Positions 1 through 13,093 of a DNA stretch of 64,000 bases are shown here, in pieces. Location of the stretch: the NCBI GenBank assembly GCA_964016885.1, contig OZ024740.1, positions 105,400,001 through 105,464,000 on the forward strand. Direction: 5' to 3'. Made by a program: the position numbers and the translations under genes. The DNA is from Eledone cirrhosa. Its lineage: Eukaryota. Under the pieces are notes generated by a model that saw only the letters and a program-made list of their open reading frames with translations, had not been told where the DNA came from and ran no database searches. The number at the start of each line of letters is the position of its first letter. Within the stretch, counting starts at the first letter, position 1.

Positions 1-330
1 TAAGTTCTCTTAACAAATAATCAATAAGCATATCAAATAATAATGAATACAATACGATGTTATATTATTTATAGTTTTAATAGATAAAATTTCCGTTTGC
101 AATATTGCATAAATGAATATTAACACTGTTTAGGAATAATAAGCTCTATTTAGAAAAGTTGTTGTTAAAAAACTATTTACTACTGAAATTATTGTTTTGA
201 AATGAAATTTTGTAATTAGATGTCACATCTATCAAACATACAATTACACATACTTACACTGACACATACATACGTGCACACACACACACACACACACACA
301 CATGTATATATAAATATGTATATATGTATG

Positions 331-545
331 TGAAGGTGCATGTCTTTGTGGCTAAGGTATTCGGCTCACAATCGTAAGGTCATGAGTTCGATTGCCGGCA
401 GCGCGTTGTCTCCTTGCACAAGACAATTTATTTCAGGTCGTTCCAGTTTACTTAGCTGGCAAAAATGAGTTGTACCTGTCACGTTTGGTGTTACGCTGGA
501 TCTCCCTGAGAACTATGTTAATTCCACGAGCAGGCTGTTCTGCTG
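331..545 (+). mobile_element. tRNA-derived SINE, family B (CORE-like body)
   Basis: Pol III A/B-box-like motifs (gtggctaagg...gagttcgatt) then 'ccttgcacaagacaatttatttc...ccagtttacttagctggcaaaaatgagt'; homologous to 11990-12146(-) and 20800-20945(+). Confidence 0.7.
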
Positions 546-572
546 ATCGGATAAAAAATATATGCATGCATG

Positions 573-925
573 TGTAGTGACCTACATTCCGCGGGCTCAC
601 ATACATTCTCTGTGCGTGATTTGGCTCAGCTCAGCCAATCAGCACCAGTAGAAGAGGATGTATCCCTACGCGTCCTGAGGTAGAAATTCACCGCGAAGAT
701 TTGAAGAATCTTCCTCTCGAACCAGCAACACGTACATGTGACGGTGAGATTTTGCACCTTGGCCTGCCGGCGCAATGGCACATTCCCTTTTGTAACCTCA
801 TTGTATGTGTAACTTCAACCATACAAGTTAACCAACATTATTTGTGCTACAACAAAAATAAACATACATTTCATCTCTAATTTCTGCTGTTGACGTCATT
901 ATTATGTTACTCGTGTCTCAATAAC
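573..925 (+). mobile_element. possible solo LTR
   Basis: TG...CA ends, CCAAT box (cagccaatcag), AATAAA near 857; no clear target-site duplication. Confidence 0.3.
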
Positions 926-1078
926 ATTTATAATCCATGCTGCTAAACATGTATGTATGTAAGTTCTGGTTTTATTATTTTATAAATTTTCACCAATAGC
1001 GAGAGCCAGTTTCTAACATAGACAATACTTTTTCATTGGAATTTAGACATCAACTAGATAAATACGTATGCATGTCTG

Positions 1079-1126
<48 letters not shown>

Positions 1127-1977
1127 CATACATACGTATTTATCTAGTTAATACGTATGTATGTCTGTATATATATATGCGCGCGCGCGTGTGTTATTGT
1201 ATGTGTGGGTCTGCATATTTTGAGTTATATGTGTGCACCAATTTTCTTATAAACCCGTCAAATATTATATATTTCTGACATCAGTTTCGAAAATGTTATA
1301 TTATTAGCGTCAAAAATTCTAATTTCTGTCAACTACGTATTTCATGTTTCAGAATATCTGTATAATCAATTATATTATTTAACTATATAATTCTTTAATT
1401 TCTTCGATTGCATGTGAAAACGACTTATAGCGCTGGCGTGTATATAAAATATACAATACGTACGTACATATATATACATCGCTATTTCAGAGCTCCAATA
1501 CAAATGCCCCCCCCCCCCCCCCCCATATTAGCAATAGTTAATTTTCCGAAAGTTAAATCTTTGCTGCTCCCACCTCATAATCCTGTTTCAATCAACAAAA
1601 AGGGGTGTGGAGAATTTCAGCGCAATCAACAACTGTTAGGCGACCCTCAAACGCCTTGAATTTGGAACATAGTATACGCAACGATTAATTCTGTTCAAAA
1701 GTGGTATACTGTTCCCTATCTCGACCTTTTCTTTTTTCTTAGAGAAATTTATATGGACATATCCAGGCAACCCCAGAAAATGTTTTAAAACGTTCTGAAT
1801 CAAATTTACCAATAGTTAATTTGAAAAATTGTTGAAATAACATGCAAAACTTAAGAAATATTAGGTTTTCTTAATAAAGCACACAACTTCTGTAAGAGAA
1901 ACGCATTTTTATTTACAACAATAATTTCTATAGAATCAAAAACGTAATGTGAACACTGAACACCGAATATTGAACAT

Positions 1978-2260
1978 TGGATTGGCAGTATCGGTAGAGG
2001 GTCGGACACCATGCTTTGCAGCAAAGAGTTACGGCCCTTTATGGTCTGAGTTCTAATCCCGCCGAGGTTAACTTTGCTTTTCATCCTTATAGGGTCGATA
2101 AAATAAAGTGCACTGGTATAATTGCTGGCCTTGTGCCAAAAATAGAAACAATTATTTTTGCATAAGAGAGTTCAAATCCCGCCGAGGTTAACTTTAAGTA
2201 CCAGTAAGTAATACACTAGGATAATTGCTGGCCTTGTGCCAAAAGTAGAAACAATTATTT
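1978..2260 (+). mobile_element. tRNA-derived SINE, family A, with tandemly duplicated 3' half
   Basis: tggcagtatcggtagagggtcggac...gagttc(a/t)aatcccgccgaggttaactttgc...ggccttgtgccaaaagtagaaacaattatt; about 10 copies in the window. Confidence 0.9.
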
Positions 2261-2280
2261 TTGCATAAGAGAGGATTTAG

Positions 2281-2663
2281 TGGCAGTTGGGAATGTTTTA
2301 CGGTTTTCGGTAACGATCTGTAAAACAAATTGTTTCTCAGTTTCATCTTTGTGAGAATGTTATTGTAACCCTAAATGAATTTGACACCTCTTTCTGCAAC
2401 ATCAACTTCTCAAGTTTTTCAGTCCGTTTTTGTAACCAGGATCATCCTTCCATGTTAAAGGGCCTTTGTCGAGGAAATCGGTGCTGATAGAAAATCTCGC
2501 GCAGAAAGTTATTGTACCAGGAGTCAGAAAAGACGAAAACTCCATGTTTGTAAAGGAAGAAAAAGTCATTTTGGTGCAGAATGTACCTCTTCAGTCGATT
2601 TTTTTCTTCTTCCTCTTATTCACCTTTGTCTGCTTCCAGCATAACTTGAGCAATATTTGCCTT
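2281..2663 (-). pseudogene. DNA transposase C-terminal remnant (Sola2-like)
   Basis: Manual minus-strand translation: FLDKGPLTWKDDPGYKNG...DVAERGVKFI*GYNNILTKDETEKQFVLQIVTENRKTFP, with stops and frameshifts; superfamily assignment is from memory. Confidence 0.55.
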
Positions 2664-2664
2664 A

Positions 2665-3138
2665 ACCACTTCTTGCTCTCCTTGCTCTCCTTTTCTCATT
2701 GTTCTCATTGCTCTCCTTTTATGCATTCTCTCCTTGCTCTCCTTTTCTCCTTGCTTCCTTTCCTCATTGCTCTCTTTGCTCTCCATGCTCTCCTTTTCTC
2801 ATTGCACTCCTTGCTCTCCTTGCTGTCCTTGTTCTCCTTTTCTCATTACTCCACTTGCTCTCACTTTATCCTTGCTCTCCTTGTTCTCCCCTTTTCTCAT
2901 TGCTCTCATTGCTCTCCTTTCTCATTGCTCTCCTTTTCTCCTTGTCCTCCTTGCTCTCCTTTTCTCTTTACTCTACTTTTCGTTGCTTCACCATCTTTGT
3001 TTGTTTACACTCTCGTGTCCCTTTTATTTACGTGTCCCAACGACTTTTTTTTAGCCGTTGCTCGCACCAACCGGAGGTATATGGTCTTTAAAGCGATGAA
3101 ATACCAATGATGGTTGGAAGATCACTGATAAAGGACTA

Positions 3139-3182
<44 letters not shown>

Positions 3183-3292
3183 GTGTGTGTGTGTGTGAAT
3201 ATGAAAATAAGGCGTGCTGCGTGGTTGCAAATGGGTTACATATGAATAAATTTAGTCCTTCATCACTGATGAAGGACTAAATTTATTCATAT
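2665..3292 (+). mobile_element. non-coding PLE-like/retrozyme family X (diverged copy plus inverted 3' fragment)
   Basis: CT-rich tract, then 2990-3143 homologous to the minus strand of the 51443-52876 array; ends in (TA)n; 3205-3265 is an inverted 3'-end copy. Confidence 0.75.
3067..3136 (+). ncRNA. pseudoknotted (reordered-strand) hammerhead ribozyme, family X, G8A variant
   Basis: ggta-TA-tggtctt...GAAA-tacc...aagatca-CTGATAA; stem III ggta/tacc, stem I tggtctt/aagatca. Confidence 0.6.
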
Positions 3293-3339
3293 ATATATAT
3301 AAATATATGCGTCGATACTGCTAACCCTTCAGAATTAAT

Positions 3340-3522
3340 CGTTTCTACTTTTGGCACAAGGCCAACAATTTCCAGTGCATTACTGGTACTTTATTTTATC
3401 GACCTGGATGAAAGGCAAACTTAACCTCGGTGGGATTTGAACTCAGAATGGAAAGGGCCGTAACTCTATTCGTCAAAGCATGGCGTCCGACCTTCTACCG
3501 ATACAGCCAAATCCACCGCTTT
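3340..3522 (-). mobile_element. SINE family A
   Basis: reverse complement of the family A consensus. Confidence 0.9.
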
Positions 3523-4207
3523 CAGAAGTAATCAGTTTTGTTTATTGAAGAATATAAAAACATGTAAGAACAAGGTTGAGATTGACCAATAGTAAAAATA
3601 GGAAGGGGCAATATAGATAATTAAGTTGATAGTAGTAGATGAATAAATTAGCAGTCAAGGATTGAGGTATCGAATGACCTTTAAGAAAAGAAAGATGTGA
3701 GTGTAAAGGAATTTAGACAGATTGTATAGAAAAGTGTGGACGGTCAAGGAATATTAAAGTTGGAGGAAAAGGGGTGCAGATATCAGTATGTTATATCTAG
3801 TAGAATAGTATAGAACAATCCTAAATATTTGTTATTTCTTTGTTCAAGAGGAATAATAAAGTAGAGGAATATAGATGGAACCAAAGGAGTGTAAAATTTA
3901 GATAAAAAAATATATAGGTAAGAAAATAATAAAATTTGTGTAAGTATTATATTGTGTTAGAGTGGTCAGAATGAAGTTTTACCTGTAGGGAATTTTATTT
4001 TCGAATAAGAAATGGCATTAATAATCTGATTTTCTTAATAGGTTTAAATGCATGTTTGTTAAAGTTTTGTTAAAGTGTTGAATATAATGTAATATATAGT
4101 GCTCATTAATAGTTAATTATTTAAAACAGTTATAGGGATGAGATATAGGATTGAATCTATGGATTAATTCTAATAGCAAAAAATATATATATACACACAT
4201 ACACACA

Positions 4208-4245
<38 letters not shown>

Positions 4246-4589
4246 TCACTGATTTTTCGTTTTATTTATAAAATATATATATATATATGGATATATATAT
4301 GTATATATGTATATATATATTACTCAATACCGACTACTTATTTCTCTCAGCTGTCAACCACATACGGATATATGTATATAGCTAATTTTCTGAAAGTTAA
4401 AAGTTTGCTGCTCCCACAGCGAGAAATAAGTGTTTGCCCTATACCTGCGCTCTGGTCTAGCTTTGCAAGTTACCTTCCCAATTATATTTATTGTCACTTA
4501 TCCTTCTAATACCAAGAATAAGTCTGAACAAGTTTTTAATTTTAGAGAAAATTATATAAGAGATAAACAAATTTTATCTGAAAAAATGA

Positions 4590-6050
4590 CCAACGGGGCA
4601 AGGATGGTGTCTAAATATTCAGAAATTATCTCGCCGGGCCAGTTGCACGCTAAAACGCTAGGACGGCCGGGATTATTTTGTTTGCGTATTTTGGGGAGGA
4701 AGTAGATGGTGGGTGTGCGAGGGGTGCGTACAATAAGATTGGTCGCTGTGGGGAGTAGGAGAGAGGAGGAGATGAGCTCAAGGATGGTGGAGGACACGGG
4801 TTGTTGGTAGCCAGGAGTGGGGTAGGAGGATAAAGGGCGGTAAAAAAGGGTATTGTGAAGCTGATGGAGATCCTCAGCCCTATAGAGGTCAGCGCTCCAA
4901 ATCACCACAGCGCCACCTTTGTCAGCGGGTTTGATGACAATGTCATCGCGACGCCGAAGGTTGCGAAGAGCGGAGAGCTCAGTCCTCGTGATGTTACAGC
5001 GACGAGAATACTGGTGGAAACGGAACCGATTCATAGTACGAGTCGAGGGTGCTGAACTGGCCAGAGCTCGGCGTCCAATGTGATTGCCGGTGACTGAGAC
5101 GAGTGAAATCATCCGTCTGTGTCGATGATGGCGTGTCGTGAGAAAAAGCTTTCAGCTTTAATCGACGGAAGAACCCTTCAATATCGGCACGTGTGCGGAA
5201 CTGGTAGCAGGTAGATGTGGTTGGTATAAAATACAAACCACGGGCGAGGAGGGAGCGCTCAGCTTCGGAGAATGGAAGGTCCTGGGGTATGGTGACTACA
5301 GTGGAGGGACGTGAGGGAGTGAAAGAGGCGGAGGGGTTAAGGTGGTTGGGCAAAGCGTATGCAGATTCAGTAGTGGGGAGAGAAAAGGGTTGGTAGGTGA
5401 CGGGATAGAGGGGTTAGGGTTGGAGGTGATATGAGTATGGGTGGTGACGGCAGGCGCGGAGCGGAGAGAGTCGAGTTTGAGGTTTTTTATGGAAGTGAGG
5501 AAATTGAAAAGGATGTGGTTGAGGTAAAGGATGAATTGGATAAGGGATTGGGCGAGGAAAGGGTGGCAAGTAGAGGAGAGATGGAGGTAGGCCCTGGGGA
5601 GATCTCGGTCGAGAGAACGGATTTGGGCGAGTGTTAATCGAATGGTCGCCCGCATGAGCTGGCGAGAGGAGCGTGTAAGGATGGGCTCAGTGGTGGGAAC
5701 AGAGTAAGAGGTGGGGTGGAACTTGAGGCGAAAACCGCGGGGAATGAAGTGGTCGTGGAGACAGCGACTTAAAAATGTGATGAGACTATTGTATCGTGTT
5801 TTGGTGAAGATGCGGTTGGAGAGATGCAGGGAGGATTGGATGCATAATAGGGGGGAGGGGAGGCTGGAGGAAGCGCTTGAGAGTAGAATGGAGCTGGCGG
5901 AGAAAAGATTTGAGATTGGGCATATTGAATGTACTAGGGTGGGAGTGAAAAATAGATGGATGAGAAGAAGGTGGTGTAAGAAGATTGTAGTAGTAGTGGT
6001 AGAGAGTTGTGGAATATTTAAATGCAAGAAGCAAAGAAAATTTCAATGAT
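4590..6050 (-). pseudogene. Neptune-type Penelope-like element ORF (N-terminal half up to the start of RT), frameshifted and 3'-truncated
   Basis: FLSRCLHDHFIPRGFRLK; ERSLLARGLYFIPT; DDIVIKPADKGGAVVIW; IYFLPKIRKQNNPGRP. Confidence 0.85.
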
Positions 6051-6169
6051 ACGAAAGATTTCCTGGTGGAAGTTCAGGTGTACCCCGGGTTGGTATCCAG
6101 TTTCGGGGTGAAAATCCAATTAGAAAATCCAACGAATTTTGAGAGGTCCTCGTAAGCATTGATATATAT

Positions 6170-6523
6170 ATATGTATGTAAAAGGCAAACAGAAATAACA
6201 CAATCGGTACAGTATATGGAAAGGATATATTAGGTTAACGCTTGGTATAGCAGGAAGAGGGTCTTAACGTTTCGGACGCTAGTCCTTCATCAGAAGAAAG
6301 AATGATAAATAAGATAGATTGAGGGGACGGGCGGGTTGGAATTGGAAAAAATGTCTTTAGATAAAAATAACAGGTCCATTCATGTTGACATCTCTTGCAA
6401 AACTGTTGGTGCTGGCGTTTTGTGTATGATTTATTTTTTAGAAAAGTGGATGATGAAGCGCGTCTACCTGAAATGGAAAAAAAAACGTTTTGTAAAAAGA
6501 GCTATACTTGTGCACGTGCGTAA

Positions 6524-6578
<55 letters not shown>

Positions 6579-6738
6579 CAATATCGGAGAAAGCTTTTTA
6601 GCGATACTCCGGCCAAATTCCAACTCACTCAACAAACATTAGGAAATAAGTGATTATATTCCCAATTATGTGTTCGGGGTGCTAACTAAAAGTATTGCGT
6701 GGAAAATTGGCTGTATTATTTCAAATGAGACATATCTA

Positions 6739-6773
<35 letters not shown>

Positions 6774-6895
6774 ATTATACGTCCGTATGAAGCTAAGAAA
6801 TGTGTGTGTATATGTGAGTAAAAGAGTGTGTGTGCATGTAAGTACGAAGCTATGAGCAAAAGTATGTTAATATAAGGGTGTGTATGTGTGTATAC
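6170..6895 (-). mobile_element. Neptune-type pseudo-LTR, interrupted by (TA)n and an insertion
   Basis: homologous to 33640-34097(+) and 47360-47435(-); contains a hammerhead. Confidence 0.8.
6262..6297 (-). ncRNA. minimal type I hammerhead ribozyme
   Basis: tt-CTGATGA-a-ggac-tagc-gtcc-GAAA-cgt-TA-aga; palindromic stem III typical of PLE hammerheads. Confidence 0.85.
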
Positions 6896-6898
6896 TGG

Positions 6899-7098
6899 GC
6901 AAGGTCGGCTGAAAAGTTCCTTGGCTGGCGAAGATACTCTCATGGAATGACCAAACGAGGTTTACTTTTCAACATAGTCCCTGACAAGAAACAATGCAGT
7001 TATTAGTAAAAAGAGTTGAAATTAATGCATGCAAGATTTCACAAGTCTAGCATCAATAATTCATAATTCAGCCTATGAAATGTTCAGCCCACCCTCAT
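6899..7098. mobile_element. Tc1/mariner-type MITE
   Basis: TIR consensus (tacg)agggtcggctgaaaagttc...ttcagcc(g)accctc(g)ta; four copies in the window. Confidence 0.75.
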
Positions 7099-7289
7099 AT
7101 ATCTATAATGATGTTTTATATATATAGTGGAAGCTGCTTATTATAATCTCACATTTTGTTACCAACCAGATATTGTTATCAAAATTAGTGGACAACACAT
7201 TCATTATTTGCTTCATGTTACCAGTCGATTAATATTATGGAAAAAATCTGAGTCTCAAAGGGATTAGAATGAGCGATTTATATTATATA

Positions 7290-10200
7290 TGAAGGTCGTC
7301 TGCTCTATCCAAAGCTTGACCACTTCTTGCACTTTATGTCTATTTCTATTCCTTTCTGGCATGAAATCTCAAATGGCTTTTGAGTCCTAAAAGCCTGTGA
7401 AAGACCTGTCCCAAAATAGTACAATCATGTCTCATTTCGTTCTTGTTTCCACATTGGGTTTGCATATGTTCAGACGTCGCTTCAGTCCACCACTTGATTT
7501 GCAAATTTTCCGATAAAAATGGCACTGGAACTGATTCGCTGCAACGAAGTTTGAATAACCAGCTTGAACTTTACCATCATGTGCTCGTTGATGTGACTTC
7601 AAGTCAGCGCTTTAAATGCGCACCTTAGGGCACACAAGCATTTAAAAACCAACACTGTCGGTCCCATACTTTCACTCTTTTCTTTTCAGTTCTGCATGTT
7701 TTACCCTCTTCATTTCAAATGCTTTAATTCCATTCCAAATGACATTTCTCCAGGCTACTCTATCTACTGCACATGATTCAAGATTTTTGTAGGATATTTT
7801 AAGGCATTTTAAGTTCACTTTAAGAGAGTTTCTGTATTTATCCTTTTGCTCAGCTTGATTCCGCCATAAAACATTTTCTTGGGGATGCGCCCATCACCAA
7901 TAAGAATCAGGTGACCTGTCCATCTTAACTGATTCCTAATAAGCCTAGCTTGAGTAGATGTAACTTTTGCCTTAGCAAGAATTTCAGTGTCTAGATCGAA
8001 TGTGTTCCAACTTATTTTGAGTATATACCGGAGGCATTTTTAGTGAAACTGTTCCAACATATTAACATGTGTGTACAACATCCATGTCTCTGATGAATAC
8101 AATAGTACGAAGAGTACAAAAGAGACGTATGCAGCAATCTTAGTCTCTAATTTAATGTCACGCTGTGACCAGACTTTAATTTCTAGTCCTCCAAAGGCTT
8201 TTGCTGCCTTTTGTATATAAGATATGATTACAGTATACAATTTGCTATCAGTTTGTATCATACTACCAAGATATTCAAAAGAAGTCACCTTTAACATTGT
8301 TCCATTAACAAAGTGTCGATGTGCAGTTGTCTGCTTCCCAGTAACAGGTTGATGCATTACAACAGTCCTTTTCAGATTAATTACAAGCAGCATTACATAT
8401 CACAAGCAGCATCGAAATCCATGCTCTGGTTTTGCAAGCCCTCCTCAGTGTGACTTATTAGGTCGCAGTCATCTGCATATAGAAGATCACGGATCAAAAA
8501 GGTGAAGACAGAGTTGAATCTCCTTCTTGAAGAGCGATATCGGGTAAAGACTCCGACTGTTGATGTTGCAAAGGAATTTGACAGCATCGCAGAAAAATAG
8601 ATAGTGAAGAGTATTGGTACTTGAAGGTGACCCCGACGTACTCCATGTTCTAGTGAGAACGGCTCTGAAAGAATTCCACCAAAATTAATACGGGCCTTCA
8701 TATCCTTATGGAGGGCTTTAATCAGATTCACAAACTTTTCAGGACAGCTAAATCTGTTCAGCACCAACTACAATGCAGCCCTGTTAAGAGTGTCAACCGC
8801 TTTGCTAAGGTCTACAAAGCAGTGATATAACCCTACGTTTTGTTCCATGCATCTTTCTTGTAGCTGGCATATAGTGAAAATCCTGTCAACTGTCGCGCGA
8901 GAGGGGTGAAAACCACACTGTGATTCTGACACTGCCCTTGTAACAATAAATTTATGAAGATGCTTTGAATGAATACACGAGAGTACCTTTCCAATAACAG
9001 ATAATAAAGATATGCCACGAAAGTTACCATATAAATCTTTAGGAGCAGATTTAAAAAGTGATATTAAAATTGCATCGACCCAGCCCTGTAGTACTTCATC
9101 TGCTCTCTAACAATACAAAAGTAGTGAGTGAAGCATTCTGATCATCCTTTGTCCACCAAAATTTGATATTTCTGAACTGATATCATCGATACCGGGTGAT
9201 TTATTATTATTTGACTTTTTTACAGCTACGGTGATGTCATTTGACAGCTCAGAAGACATTTCCTCGATGGCTGGAAGATTTTTCCATTGTCTCAATTGTG
9301 TCCGTATTCATATTTGATGGTCTATTAAGCAGATCAGAGTAGTGTCGCATCAAGTGGTTCTGTATGGATATGACATACGTAAAGATATGTTGTCCATCAA
9401 CAGATCTCACAGGGAATATGGCTGTTGCTCTTGGATTAAATGCCTCTTTCATATATAAAAAGAAGGCCTTACAGTTTTTGCGGCTGCAGCTGCTTGTGCT
9501 TCATTGGCTTTCTGGTGCCACTTATTTTCCATCATTTGCCGAAAACTGCTCTGAAGTTTTGATTTCATAGCCTTAAACTTACTGTTTTTGTTGGGATTTT
9601 CGGACTTTCCTAGAATGTGTTTGCTTATCTCTTGTTTTCCACGCAGAAGTCTGGACACTTCCAAGTAATTATCAGCAAACCAATCAGTCACCTTCTTGGA
9701 TTTAAAACCAAAAGTACTTGATGCAACTTCATAGACTTAAAATTTTAAACTCTCCCATAGGTTATTTCCATCAAGAATAATGCTCATAAGTCTATCTTGA
9801 AAACTTTTCAACAGCATAGGGGATTTGAAGCTTGCAGTGTATTTTATACCCCCGCCTTTTTGATTTTTTGCCTGATTGAGAAGTTGAATTTACCCCTAAT
9901 AAGCCTTCCACCTCTCTCATTACTCGGACACTAGTGACGTCATTCAGAGTTGCTTCGCGAACTAATTTATAGATTAAAATGTACCAGCGCTTAGACGTAG
10001 GGTGCATCCTATGCTTTTATACTTTTAATTTTGCTTGGAGAAAGTATTTGAGATATACAGCTGGTGTTCGGTACAAAATGTGAGAAGAGATAGTCCATTT
10101 TCGTTGCATTTTCCAGTGCCATGCTTCCCCAAAACAGGCCGTGTTACATGATCTACTCTCAATCTAGCATTAAAGTCACCCATGATGACTAGCTTCTCTT

Positions 10201-11050
10201 TCCTTGGAACTTTTCGCACCAGATTCCTAAGATCCTAACAAAATGTTTCAATGCTTTCAATGGAATGTGAAATTGACGGTACGTAAGCACTAACCATTGT
10301 CAGGAATCAATCTTAGCTGGAACCGAAAAGGTATTCGTTCAGATACACTGCTTGGAAATTCTTGGATACAGTCTAGGATTGAGTTTTTAATTACAAAACG
10401 AACATCCGAATCTATCCTTTGTCATTTCCAAAAGAAAATGTAACCTAATGCCTTTTCAGTAAGTTCTCTATCTCCAGGAAGACGTGTCTCAGATAATGCA
10501 ACGACGTCCAGATCATATTTACCAATTTCTTTTGCAATTAATGCTGTGTGACTCTCTGCCCCATCGGACTTATTATTATCTAAGAGAGTACGAACATTCT
10601 AACAAGCAAACTTCATACTGACCCTAAGTTTATTTTAGAGTTGATTATTTGTGTTTGTCACAGTAGCAGGATGGTGACCGGGCTCAGGCTGTGGCACCTT
10701 AAGGTGCTGACCGTACCAGAGCTGTTCACCAGAAGATCCAAAACCCGTTGTGCCATTTACTGACTTTGTGTGGCACATTTCAATTAAAATTATGGATGCA
10801 TTTTTAGATTACTGTCAACTCCTCGTTACGATCTTAAATAAGGAAGAAAGTGTACATGAAGTACTTTTGTGAAATATTTTTTAAGTGGATGTTGCTTCAC
10901 AGCATTACCTCCACTTTTTGGTGCATGAAGTTGCTATTCAATGTGACAAATAGTATGACAAGACTGAGTACTTCATTAACCTCAGGTTTTACATTGGAAT
11001 TTTCCTTCTATATAGATCACTAAACAAGATTACAGAGTTACTACTCCCCC
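7290..11050 (-). mobile_element. RTE-clade LINE, near full length but decayed (APE endonuclease, RT, C-terminal C2H2 fingers); pseudo-ORF about 10616 to 7346
   Basis: MKFAC*NVRTLLD, VIMGDFNAR, KSPGIDDI, LLYADD, FEYLGS, LLYSSETW, C2H2-like motifs. Confidence 0.9.
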
Positions 11051-11159
11051 ACTCCAAAGTTAAATATTAAAAGATAAAAAAGATTAAAATGTATTAAAAA
11101 TAAAAAAATATATACACAGATAAATATATATAAAATACAAAAGTATATACATATGTACA

Positions 11160-11358
11160 TATTTGATTGGTAGGCCGTTGATTCTTTTGAGTGCCTCCGC
11201 CGTAGTTCTGGTTTTGTTTTTCGTCCCGCGAGGCCTCCAAATCACACTTCTCACCAAACAATCTTGGAGAGGTTGCCGGTTTAGTCACTGATGACACGGC
11301 CGGGTAGCAGGTTGTACTGGATTACATGTTACAAGTAGCACACTAAAGCGACCTGACA
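11160..11358 (+). repeat. RTE 5'-end-like segment A
   Basis: homologous to 13876-14023 and 46110-46250. Confidence 0.6.
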
Positions 11359-11989
11359 CACACACACACACACACACACATACATATTTCAATATTATTA
11401 ATATTGTAAACTTCCGGTGGATAGCCGGCATCCAAATTGTAAGTTGAACTTTTTACTCTGTTTATTATAGATTAATTGTTTGCAATTATGTTTTGTTTTA
11501 TATATGAAAATCTGGTTGAGTGCTTCATGGCCCATTTTCACTCTTTCATTTTTTAATACGTGCCATCGTGTTAACCGTGAATAAGCAGAACTAGCTTACC
11601 CCCACTTCACTGTCACGTGACACTGAAGATCGAGTTTACTATTGCAATGGCTAAATTACACCAGGGCACTCGGTTGGTAACTGATCTGTTCCGGAGGGGA
11701 TAATACTTCGACGATGAAGCTGCTCTTAGCCAATTACGTAATGATTAATAGCAGTACCTAATTTCTGTGCACGGCAGTTCCATTTGACTGTGGCCAACTG
11801 AGGGTGCAGCAGAAACTAATGCATGAGTTAGAATGCATTAGATAGAAAATCAAATTTTCTATCCACACTATTTTACGTGTTAATGTGTATATAGAGATTT
11901 TGCACTTAGAAAGTTCCTCTCCGAGTCTTAAGACCGGGTAAAATGTCTTTGTGGGGGGCCAGCTGTTACCTTTCAATACTCACTCTCAT

Positions 11990-12146
11990 TTCCATGTGTT
12001 GAATAACTACTTGTATAGCTCAGTGAACTGGAGAAATGGGAAATAAAGATTCTTGGTCAAGAACACCACGCATCGCTCGGTCCAGGAATCGAACTCACAA
12101 CCTCAGGATTGTGAATCCAACTCTCTAACCACGAAATCACGTGCCT
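11990..12146 (-). mobile_element. SINE family B
   Basis: gtggttagag...gagttcgattcc boxes plus family B body on the minus strand. Confidence 0.65.
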
Positions 12147-12267
12147 ATATACGTATGTATGTATATATTTAGAAAGCATCGTAAAGCAGAGATTCAATTG
12201 ATTTGTTTCAATAGAGATTTAGAGTGATACTGTAAATAAACTAACTAAAAAAACAACAACCCTAAGG

Positions 12268-12299
<32 letters not shown>

Positions 12300-12566
12300 T
12301 TAATATAAACCAATATTACACAAGGGCACAATTGTATTTCTGTAAACTAGCTGCGTAAATAATGACAAAGATAGAAATGTTGTCAGCATGAAGAATTAAA
12401 TAAATCAGAATTCCCCCTGCATATAAGCTTTCGCAACAAAAAGTGTGCGGCTGCGAGTTGACGAAATACGATTGACACCTCACAGAATTCAAATCACATC
12501 TATTTATGTGTTGAATAATTACTTTAACATTCGTCAGCAAGTACAACTTGAATCCTTTTGGGACCT

Positions 12567-12784
12567 AACAAGGGTCGACTGAAATGTTTATGGGCTGAAA
12601 AGTTCATCGGCTGACCAACATACTCTGATGGAATGACCAAATGAGGTTTATTTTTCAACCTAGTCCCTGGAAAGATACAATGCATTTATTAATAAGAAAA
12701 GTTGAAAGTAATGCATGCAGGATTTCACAGCCCTAGCATCACTCCTTCATAGTCAGCCTAGGAACTTTTCAGTCAACCCTCGTA
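12567..12784. mobile_element. Tc1/mariner-type MITE
   Basis: same family as 6899-7098; right end ...gtcaaccctcgta. Confidence 0.75.
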
Positions 12785-12947
12785 TTTTTCAAAGTACACC
12801 AAAAAATCCTCATCATTTGTGCAAATCTGAGTTTCTCCTGTCATCTCCACAGGCTATAGAGATGTAACGTAGAACATTACCCTTCATTTGATTGGTTGTT
12901 ACTGACAACGTTTGTAAAAAACAACCATATAACGGTATGGTATAGGG

Positions 12948-13093
12948 CAGTCATGGCCAAACTGCGGCCCGTTTGGCTTTCTAAATAGCAGGCCTTATTT
13001 CAAAATTGCCTTGAATATTTTAGTAGTGTGGCCCGCCTTATGATGAGTCACATCCTATGCGGTCCACTACTCTAAAAATATTGCCCATGCCTG
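12948..13093. mobile_element. hAT (Charlie-like) MITE
   Basis: ends cagtcatggccaa / ttgcccatgcctg; internal gcggccc subterminal motifs. Confidence 0.6.

Noticed and set aside
2466-3110. 214-aa hydrophobic ORF as a membrane protein
   Set aside because: It spans the antisense of a transposase remnant and a CT-rich repeat tract.
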